NCBI GenBank assembly: GCA_973895155.1
Contig: OZ316899.1
Location: forward strand, 2,131,573-2,195,572
Direction of reading: 5' to 3'
Length of the DNA: 64,000 bases
Origin: Marsupella aquatica
Taxonomy: Eukaryota > Plantae > Marchantiophyta
Numbering within the stretch: position 1 is the first letter of the stretch; every line of letters begins with the position of its first letter. Below are positions 49,415 through 59,848 of the stretch, piece after piece. Both the position numbers and the translations under genes were made by a program. The notes beneath the pieces are model-generated. The model was not told the origin of the DNA, searched no databases, and saw nothing but the letters and a program-made list of their open reading frames with translations.

Positions 49415-50699
49415 TGATACCCTGCGGTCTAGATTTAGCCGAGAGCTTCCTGTGCTCACAACAATACAGATTTACACTAAAGCCTTGACTAAGAAAAAGC
49501 CCCCCGGGCCACGCTACCCAGGTTTTTATCCTTGCAGCGCGTTCAGGGGAAAAGGCGGAAATCCTAACCACAACTCACGGCCTTCCATCGCGATAATCCT
49601 ACTAAAAAACTATCACCTAAAAAACTTGACTAGCCCGGAACCCTGTGTGAACCGAGCATCTAATACTACCTAAGCCGATAGGGCGCTACTTGCCCTGTCC
49701 CATCCTACAACGGCCGCGCCCTTCTGGCCCAAGCCCTTCTCCTGCCGCCACGTCCTCCTTCCAACTGATGACTAGCCCTCCTTAATTGTCAAATGACCGG
49801 GGGTAAGTCCGAATTTTCTGACTCTACACCTTCTCCTGCCATCGGCTCCGGCTTGACCCCTTCGGCTTCCTCGACTTCGGGTTCTGGTTTGTCGGCCCCG
49901 GCATCGGCTACTGCATCGGCATCCTCCTGGGAAACGGCTTGGAGAGCTTTTGCCTTAACTTCCTCAATCCAAGCCTGCTCCCCGATGTGCTTGGTCTCGA
50001 TAACCCACGGCTTCACGTTCTGGGCGTCCATAGAAGCAGTACCATCGTCTGAACCTGTTACCGCAGCTCCAAGTTGATCCGCAGTACTTACCTCTACCAC
50101 AGTCGCCTTCAGGGCCACAGTACCACAAATGTGAGCGGCCATGCTCTTGACTTCCTCCGGAGTGGCTTTAAGGGGCTTAACTTTATTATCGCCTGGCCCC
50201 ATGAACGTCTTTGCCAAATCTGCTACCAATTGCATGGCTTTGCCCCCAGTCACGCTTGACAACAGTGATGCGGATCCGAGTAAGGTGACACCGATGGTCA
50301 TCTTTACTGTCCCTCATGTTCCATGGGATCTAAAACCGATTTCGGTTCCGCGGGCTTTGGCTCCAAAGCTTGCAGAACTACTTAAGGAGAAGCTGAGTGC
50401 TAGGATTCTCGAGAGGTCTAATGCTCCCTACTCAAACAGATGGTTTACAGTGAGAAAGAAAAATGGAAACTTGAGGTTCATTCAGGATATGCAACCTCCG
50501 AACAAGGTGACCATCAGGAATGTGGGAGTTGGGCCACTCATGGATGAGTTTGTGGAGGAGTTTGCTGGGAGGGCGATATATTCCATGGGTGATTTATTTT
50601 CGGGTTACGACCAGTTCCAGTTGGCGCAAGAGAGCCGAGACATTACAACTATGAGGACCCCATTGGGCCTCTTGAGGATGTGCACTCTTCCTCAAGGGG
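49415..50699. mobile_element. Scrambled gypsy remnant: LTR-like end with a minus-strand ORF tail (49789-50301) fused to a plus-strand RT N-half (~50290-50699)
   Basis: TGATACCC start (minus end GGGTATCA). RT reads FTVPHVPWDLKP..WFTVRKKNGNLRFIQD..DLFSGYDQ..TPLGLLRMCTLPQG. Confidence 0.75.
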
Positions 50700-50965
50700 T
50701 TGATATCTGAGTTCATTGATTCACTATGCATTTTCATATCCACCTGGTGTTTCACTTGTGTATATTCATATGGTTTGTCAATGATTGAAGGCTAGCGACC
50801 TCGCTGGACATAGAATGGAATGATCCCATTCTGGAAAAAAGATTCATTTCTATTGTAGAAACCTCACTATCCTCCCAATCTGCCACTCTGACCATTAGTT
50901 TTACCTCGCTAGCAAACATTAACCTTGCTGTCAATTTCTCCTGTTTCCTCGCACCATACAAACCC

Positions 50966-51192
50966 CCCCAAAAGAGTGACTCCCACATCGATCAACTTCT
51001 TGAGAACCGCCTTAACATCAGCAATGTGATCCCACACAAACTGTCGGATCCTATTCCTCAAGGTCTCATCCTTCCCTTCAGCCAAGCAACCCTTAATCGG
51101 GACATCATCAATGAATGGTCTCGCTTTTTCCGGAATGAACGGCTCCAAGATTTTACTCGTCGCATTTTGCATGTGCGCTACCAAGTTCATCG
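50966..51192 (-). pseudogene. Inverted continuation of the same reverse transcriptase
   Basis: AMNLVAHMQ..PFIDDVPIKG..HIADVKAVLKKLIDVGVTL directly continues ..CTLPQG of the plus-strand piece. Confidence 0.85.
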
Positions 51193-51302
51193 CCCGTTTT
51201 ATAAGTCATGTTTCCAAAAAATGTACTGCCTCCAATATTTTGTCAAAACTGACAGTAAGTTTGAGTAAACATTGCAGAGCTATCCTTTGATTCCCTAGAA
51301 AA

Positions 51303-54300
51303 TCATAAGTCACTTGAATGACTTTCATCCGACTCTATATCATTCCTACTACTAGTATTGCTCTGGTCACTACTGAAATCCCGATCAGTTGACTCAACAG
51401 ACTCATCAACATATTGCTTTACAAAGCATGCCTCATTGTCAACAAAAGGCAAGGAATACAAATTTTGTTTGGCTCCACGATGTGACCTACGACCTTTGCC
51501 TTCCCAAGTGACCACAAAAGCATTATCCACCTGAATTGCCGATTTCTCTGCATAGCAAGGCAGAGTAAATGTCTTATGAGGGGAAACAATCGAAGATTCT
51601 TCAACCTTCCTTCGAAGCCAAAATCTCTCTTCAGAAAACCAGTCGACACGAGTATCTCTGAAATCAGGAACAAAATCAGAGCACTATGAATGACAGATCC
51701 AATCAAAAGACAATAGCAAGCTTCACGAACCAATTGATTTAAGCAAGGGGATCTGGTATAAGCAAGAGGATCAGTACATTACTCTAGGTCAAATTCATCA
51801 TCGCCATCCTTTGCATCAGGAACATTAGGAGCTCCATCTTTGTTTTTTGCACTCTTTGATCCTGCAAGAGAAAATTCATCATCTGAATCGAGGTCCTCCA
51901 ATGTTTCAGTGAGGTCTTCAATTTTCTTGTGTCTCTCAAGAACACTCTTCAATGCCTTCTCCGCAGCACCATGGAGAACATCCCTGTCCTCGACCCCAAC
52001 AACAAACCTCCCAGAGAGTTCTCCAGCTGAAAAAGAACTACCGTCTCCAATATTCCAATCGAGCACAATGTCTCTAGGCTTTGTGAGAAGCTCCATAACA
52101 GCCTGCATGAATCCAATAGATAATCGACAAGAACCAGAGAAAGCTAACTCTGCCCTGGTATCCCTTTTTGGATAACAAAGACTCAACATCGTCTTATGTG
52201 ATGCATCTTCAGACGTTGCCAGAGGGACATACTTCGGGTCCTTTGGGATCTTCCCATTGAATTCAACTCGGCAAAAGACATCCAGGCTTAAGTTGCAAAC
52301 CTGGAAAAAACCAAAAAAAATGTCAATTCATGGATCCAGGAAGGCCAGCGAGATCGTTGTCAAAACAACATACTAAATCCTATGAAATTCAGTCAAATCT
52401 CACCTCAATGTTCATGTCTCGCATCCACATCGGGGACCCCAATAAAACGTGGTACTTTTGAAGATGTTTAAATTTGTTCCTCTATTCAACAGCAGCAAAA
52501 ATTTGCTTTGTGTGGTTAAATTCTCCACTGTGGAGAACGGCCACATACCCATCATCACTCAACATTGGCCTCATCACTCCAAAGAAATAGTAAGGGAGCT
52601 TCTCAACCCAGACATTCCATTGAGGAACTTCCACATCAGTAACACAAGGCCTCAGCCCAGTCGGAAGAGCTATGAACCCCAGATGGGCACCGGTCCCAGT
52701 GTAAGGCTTCCCGTTTATTTTTAAGGGATTCGGGTGTTCAGAAGAACTTGAAATATCTGAAAGCCATTGATCCCCCTCCCCCATCCAAGCAGGTCGAACC
52801 TTCTTCATACTTATCGAGTCAGCCATCAAACGAAGATTACTCTTTGCAAGGAAATGTCTTCTTCCATCCAACTGGAGTCCACAGAGCCTCGCGACACCCT
52901 CTCGGATTGACACTTCTTCCTCATCAGAATCTGACAACACTTGAACCTTTCTCTTCTTCTTCAACCTCTGGGACCCTGACTTATCACCTCCCAGTTTAGT
53001 CACAAGTTCAAAATCGGGTGACTCAGGCTCCACATGATCCTCCGGACGACCATTATTCACAGTCTGAACACTCTCGGAACCTGAAGACTTCCTCCGTTCT
53101 GGATACAAAAAGCAACCTAAGAGCCTTAGGATATGTCATAAACTTAATGAGAAGAGCAGCTAGGGAGAGATAAGAGAAGAGAGCTTGGGAACAATAAGAG
53201 TATATACTTACTTTTCTTTCCAGAAAGCATAGAGCCATCTCTTGATACCTCTTTGGCAGCGTCTCTCTTCAATTTCCGAGGGCGGCTCCTATCCACACTC
53301 GGTGCCACCCCGAGGCATGCCTGCTCCATCGACACACAGCCAGCAAGTTCTACTTCCGGGTTGCACAATTTAGATTCACTAATAAAAAATTCTGGGACCA
53401 AGCCATGATTGATCTTTTGAAGCGCAGCTTTCTCTGTGACATCAAATGTCAGTGACCAATTCTCCGAATCTAAATACCAGGGACAATGCAGCACCTCCCA
53501 TTCACTTATCTTCCGCAGGGGTTCAATGTCCTCAATAGGGTACATCGAGTACTCCCCAAACTTCTCACAACTGGAATCATCTCTTGCATATTGAGCCCAT
53601 TGAGAGAAACATGTCGGGTAACACCACCAAAATGATCTATTTGCCACCTCACAATCCACAAAAAACCTATAAACATACCTTTTTGCCCTCCGACGGAAAG
53701 AAACAATGTCAATCTTTTCCCCAACTTTTGGGGTCCAAATTCTCTTGAAGAACCTTACCTTAACCCGCTGCAGGAAATCTTCTAATTCATCATCAATTTC
53801 AGCAAGGAGGGATGCCTGACTATTCTTCGGGGAAGAAAGAATTCTAGATTCAGGGACAGTGAGAATAATCTCAGATATTGCTTCACTTAGTAAGCACCTC
53901 GCAATGGACTCTACCTGTTCCCATGTTTCCCATCGATGCAACCAGAGCTTGTCTCACTATCCGAAAATTGAGATGGATGAAAATATTGTTTACGCAACTC
54001 TGGTCTGCACTATGCTTCGAGAAGAGTGCAACAGAGTTGTGGACTCAAAGAAGTTACCCCGGTGAAAAGCCTTGCACGATCAAGGCCACACGAAACATTC
54101 CCTCTCCCCTTATCATCCGTCCGCTGAGCTTCCTTCCTTTCTTTCTCACAATAATTATGCATCTCAACACATTTCTTGAAGAAATCCCCAAAGTCTGGAT
54201 TCAGGAGCGGGGCAAACTTTGGAACTTTGACATTCCAGTTGGAGAGTTGCTCCTTCATCATATCTCAAACTGCAATGTCTTTTGCAGCTTTCGACAAAGG

Positions 54301-55355
54301 TTCGCCCAATTCCTCCTTCAGTGCAAACTTCTTTAACAAGTCAGCAGTTTGCGAAGCTATATTTGCAGCAGAAAGAATATAAATGCATGCATCTAAGGTC
54401 ATATGCTTCGAATACCATGATGGCTTCTTTACGTTTTGCATCTTCTGCTGAAATAACTTGAAATTTTCCGGATCAATTAAATCCTTGTAAACTGAAAGGT
54501 CCGATCTTCTGGACCCGATCAGCTTCCAGCACCCATGAATTCTCGACATGGCATTGTGTCAACCTGACAATGAGTATATATTTCAGCAATCGGCAAGAAC
54601 AAATTGTGCCCAAAAATGAAGCAAAAAGATCAAATGTGTCCAGGCTCTTCTCACCGGTTGAGAGCATGCATCGCAGATTCAATCTGCACGAAAGTATCCT
54701 TCTCTCCTTTGAAAATCTTTGAGACAACTCGAGGATGATACTTCACATCGTGAGGATTCTCAACAGCAAGTAGGTTCCACGAATAGAGACGGTGATTGCC
54801 ATCGAATACACAAAACATCTTATCCTTGAGCACAGCAAAATCAGGATGCGAATCACACTCCCTCTCAAAAGCTTCATTCTGCACCAACCACATTGGATCC
54901 CAGCTCTGTCTGATTGTGTCATTCAGAAACTGCACGTCCCCATTCTCATTTGTCATTTGCACATAGAAACGAGGCGCGTCCTCAATGTACCCTTGAGCTC
55001 GGAACTCGCTCTTTAGAGTCTCTATCGCATTCGAGTCTGTCTGCAGAGACCTTACGAGTTGCATGTTCCGCATTCGACATAGTGGAATTCTTGGGGGAAC
55101 AAGAGGATACCCAAATTTGTCTGGCCCAAACTGGTAAAGGTGATGGTTAATTACAACTGAGAAAGGCTCGGACTTGGTAGAATCCATCAAAGGTGGTACA
55201 ATATCCATTGGATCAACAAGCTTTCGCCTCCTTGGAGTCTTCAGCCCCGAAGCAAGTGCTTTGTGGCTTGTAGAACTTCTGGTCTCCCGACGTTGAGAGG
55301 CAGCTGATTGTGAGGCAACGGATGAAATAGACTCAGGAGATGCAAAAGTTGCCAT
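51303..55355 (-). pseudogene. Transposon accessory gene: ParB/Sulfiredoxin-like N-terminal domain plus beta-class N4C/N6A DNA-methyltransferase-like C-terminal domain; 5 exons, mildly decayed
   Basis: Phase-compatible exons 55355-54655, 54563-53212, 53098-52404, 52300-51783 and 51657-51303. ParB-like: IPLCRM..LVRSL..IETLKSEFRAQGY..CVFDGNHRL (54786-54803). MTase-like: AHLGFIALPTGL (motif IV position), FFGVMRPMLSDDGYVAV, and FMQAVMELLTKPRDIVLDWNIGDGSSFSAGELSGRFVVGVE (motif X-I-II). It has several nonsense codons and frameshifts in exon 2 and a stop at 52482. Confidence 0.7.
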
Positions 55356-55956
55356 CGACTGATAAGGAGAAGAGAACCACACGAAGGGAAGACAAGGAAT
55401 TGGTACAGTGAATGCAAAGGAATCCAAAGTCACATGTGTTGGGAATCCAAAGTAAGAATTCAGGGGAATCCAAAGTAACCCATACTACAGTGTACTTGAC
55501 AGTGATAGGGAATATCAGTATTTAACACCTTGATGTGAAAGATCCATCAACAAGATCTCAACTCTGTTAATCCCACCAGCACTAACGTTAACGAAGCTCC
55601 AGTTAACGTTAACTTGGAGTCTAGTTAGTATTTACCAACAACTCGGTCGGATGAAATGTACATTCAACTTCAACGGGTTGGAGACAATTAATCTCTAGGT
55701 GACCAACTTGGGTTGGGTGTCCGTTGAAACTAACCATTCTCCAAAATAACAAAATATGTCGATGGAATAAATAAACCAAAGTATTTATGAAATGTACTCT
55801 TTCAAATCAAGTTAACCCTTCCAACGGTAATATAATTTTGAATCTTTGGTGCACGTAGATGCACTTGGTCACCATTTGGAACGAGTCTGGATCTTTTTAA
55901 TGGAAAAATGGACAAACCCCATACGTTGTTTAAGCCCAGTATTTAGACATTTTTTT

Positions 55957-56593
55957 GCCAGCGACATCGCTGGCCAAATCACTGTAAACCCTAAACCCTT
56001 AATATGATGTTTGTCCATTTAAAATGAGCTCTTAATGCTTTCTGAAAATCTTGAATACTCTACAGAATCTTTGAAACTGTTAACCCCCTCTACTAAAAGC
56101 TCTCGGTTTAACTACTATGTTATGACATTTAGGAAATATATTAGGTTCTGGATTCCTGAATTGACCCCCAAACTGAAATAAAAGTATATGCAAATTTCTG
56201 CGGCTTCAGGCTAGCGGTATCGCTGGCCTTATTGAAGTTTTATGAATGGTTTAATTACGGGACATCTCAGATTCCTCTCTTCTGTTTATATCATGTTGTT
56301 GGTGAACATGATGTTTTCAAATATCAAAAATATAGATCTTAAACACTGAAAACTTACCTGAATTATGTCTAGCAAGGTCGCTAGCAAAACTATTTTTAAA
56401 CACAAAGCTCCAAGTTCATTTAGCGTCCTAGTAAACCCCAACTATACCCCAAGTTCAGCAAATGTGCTAGTATATCCCTCACCATACTTCTTGTCAAAAT
56501 AAAATAGGCCATTTAATTAAAGAGTAAACACTAAAATTCTGGTTCATAAGCACCTCATTATTCGAGCAAATATAGGCTAGCGATATCGCTGGC
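55957..56593. promoter_or_regulatory. Four 18-bp palindromic sites (GCYAGCGA-NN-TCGCTRGC) in the divergent promoter region
   Basis: 55957 gccagcgacatcgctggc; 56210 gctagcggtatcgctggc; 56368 tctagcaaggtcgctagc; 56576 gctagcgatatcgctggc. Further copies at 50791, 52344 and 58820. The function is inferred. Confidence 0.7.
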
Positions 56594-56661
56594 AATAATT
56601 CTTTCTTGAAGGTATTATAGCCGTTGAGGTTTTGTCGTATCTGCAACATTAAACTGACGTT

Positions 56662-56732
56662 CCATTATTCTATATTCATCCATGATGTTTGTGTCCGAGT
56701 ATTATTCTATATATTCATCCATGATGTTTGTG
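56662..56732 (+). repeat. Short tandem duplication just upstream of the transposase
   Basis: attattctatattcatccatgatgtttgtgt occurs twice, the second copy with an extra TA. Confidence 0.85.
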
Positions 56733-59700
56733 TTTGGATCCTTGTCTTGGTTCTCTTTTGATGGCTCCGAGCGTCATTTTCTGGCGTCGGAGCACTGGAG
56801 ACATTGTTACTCTTGAAGTTTCATGTATGAGAAAGATCACCAATGTGACCGAGGCCTTTCTTTTGACAAGATTTGGGCTCAATAACTGTGATTTCATTTC
56901 GAGGTTGTTCTTTCTTGTTTCACTTCATGGATCTAGGAAGGACGAATTCATTTCAAGAACTCTACATGGTGCAAGAGTTTGGGAGGTTGCTTCCGGAGAT
57001 GTTGTTGAGGTTTTGTCAGGCATAGATGATTTTCTCAAGCCTTTTCAGAATACTCGGGAAAAAGTGTTTGTAGACCTCGACTCTCCCCCGGGGCAAGGAA
57101 CAAATCTTGACGCCTCTGGTTTTGGGTTTACCACTCTTGAGGATACTAATTCTGTTTTTGGAAGTTGTTCTACAGAATTGAAAGTAGAGATTCCTCTTCC
57201 AAGTGCTCCGGTTGGCCATCTTTTGCAGAAAGTCTACAGAATTGGTGCGCTTGAAGCATTTTTGAGCATTACTGGGGCTAGTGAGCTGGCACAATTTAGA
57301 AGAGATGTCTCTTGGGTTGATGTCCAAGTTGATCGTCTTCTGACAAGTTACAATGGAGACATGGTATATGAGCTTCCTCCAGTGGAGTCAAGATTTGGTC
57401 GCGGTCAAGGGCTTCTCGACATGGACTGTGACAATGATGGCTACCCTTGGACCCGATTGGTCACCACTTCGGCTAACTTGAAGCCACGTAATCACTGGTC
57501 TATTTTCAAGGTCCGTTGCAGTGGTGTTGTGCGATGTCAAAATTTGAATTGTTCAAGGTTCAAGGAGACAAGAGTGAAAAATGAAGCGGCATTTCCAGGA
57601 AGATCACTTATGACCGATATCTTCAAGCCAGGAAACCTGGTTCCGGAAGGAGGTTTGGTTTGTGGGTTTTGTGATGAGAGACCTTATTGTGTCAGACCTT
57701 GTCCAGCATGTTTATGTTTTATGTTTATGCAAAGCCAAATTTGGACTCTCATGTCTCCAAACACATGTCTAGACTTGCAGTCCACATGGGAGTTCATGAT
57801 CATCCGATCCAGACGGGGAAGTGTCGAGTTGCAAAAAAAAAGCGGAAGATGTTATTCAAGGCGTTCAGTTAGCACATCCCTTGGCAACCCCTTCCCGTGT
57901 GAAGAATATTTCAATAGGTACATTGATATCGCTTCTCCACCCTGAGGCATGTTATGATCTTTCAAAAGAAGAGGAGGTGGAATTGTGGAACTCAATGAAA
58001 GTTGTGTCCTCGCCGGCAAAATTCCATGCAATTTTCCGGAGCGTTAAAATTGCTAACCCCAAGAAAGGTGAGTTGGATTCGCTTCGTGACATGCAAATGC
58101 GCGTGAGATTTCCATTTCTTCAGCGTTTCCTGTTCCTTGGCCAAGCTGGCAAGTCCATTAGGGCCCATGTATTCAAGATGAGTACCAAAGGTCCCGGTTC
58201 CGGAGTTGACATTCTCAATCGGATGCAAAAAGGTGGAACTTTAGAGGGAGCTTGGGTGAGTTTTGACGTGATGCACAGAATAACCACTGGTTGGTTAACT
58301 TTTAGTGCTCATGTATACAATCACACTTATCGCGCTCTTTGTACTATCTTCACTTGTGAATTGAAAGCCAAGGATGTTGAGTCACTAGAAACTGCATGGC
58401 GTTTAATGTTGGAAGTCGCTGCTGAGACCGGTATTTCCAATGTAAACATAGCTGGTTTTATGGCTGACAATGCTGAAGCTGGATGGATTGTTGTGAGAAA
58501 TGTTTTCTTTGATGGTGTTCGTCTCCCTGAGAAAGAACACAGTGATGCATTCCATTTCTCTCAATCACTAAGACGTCATACCATGGAGGGAATTCATGAA
58601 GCGAAACACTCCGAGCATTACAAAATGTGGGAGAAATTTAGGAATGCACCCACATATGTTCAGGCATACAGAGTGGCAAACGATATTCAAGAGTGGTGGA
58701 AGTGTGGAAATTGTCACCCTGGGAAATTGAGATCTTTGCAAGGCTGGATTGCTTGGTGGGTTGTCCGATGGCGACAATGGGGAAACTTCTTCAGGCTGGT
58801 AAGTAAACCATGTTTTTTGGCTAGCGATGTCGCTAGCATTCTGTTCTTGTTTGAATGTAATCTTGAAATCAAGTTTGTGCCTCCCAATGATTGTGTTTGT
58901 TTTTGGTTGGACTTCAGACTCAAACAGCAAAGGAGTCAGTGTTGATGCCAAATTGTACTGGAGCTGAATCTGTACATGGTTCAATGAGAGCTTGTCAAAT
59001 GAAGAAGAAGATTGGACTGCTAGAAGCTTGTGAACTTGATCAAAATCGTGCTGGTGGGCAGATTGCTGCCTTTGCTGCATACATTGATGGATGCCACAGG
59101 GGACACGGACCTACCATATTTGAACTTGCATATAGGAATGCAGATACACTAGGATCCCTTGATGCTTTTGAGAAAGCAACCAATCTTCTGCTTGAATCAT
59201 CTCCAAAATATGATTTCCATCGCACTCAACCACTTCATGGAGATCTGTGCACAAAGTCTGGAAAACGAAAAGGCCAGGCTTCGGCTAGAGTTGGTGCTGA
59301 AGATTCTCATCAACATGATAAGGTGATGCGGACGGAGGCGGTGACAAGGGGCGTACATCCAAGAAATTTATATTCTGATTTCAGGAGTGTCAATGTCGTG
59401 GAAGAGAGGGACGAGTTGAAGGAAACTTTGGGCATACCCCATCCTTCAACATTCTCTAATTGTCCAGATCCGTCCGTCGTGATTCTTCTTTCCGATAACG
59501 AAGGGAATGGCACTGAGAGCTCAGGAGATGACACTTTGGAAATTCCTAAACCATTGCCCCGCCAAGATGTATCTCATGTTCGTCCAGAGGAACCAATTTA
59601 TGTTTCACCGAGGCAAATTCCTGCGATAAATGAAGTTGATGTCCCATTTGGTACTTGGCACTTAAGGCGGTGCGGTAAAGGAAATGGTCCAGTGTGCAAT

Positions 59701-59848
59701 GGGTCTTTGGATCGGACCATTTCTGGAAGAGATGAGTGTCGAAACTTCATCAAGGAAGTAGGTTATCATACTCGGTCTTGCGGTGTGGTTGGGGTAGCAA
59801 TCCATGGTTTGAGGATGACTTCACCACATCCTCAACTCTTATACTTCT

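Noticed and set aside
55985-55999. Telomere-type repeats TAAACCCTAAACCCT (also AGGGTTAGGGTTT in Bianca LTRs)
   Set aside because: Only two units; at most telo-box motifs, not an interstitial telomere.
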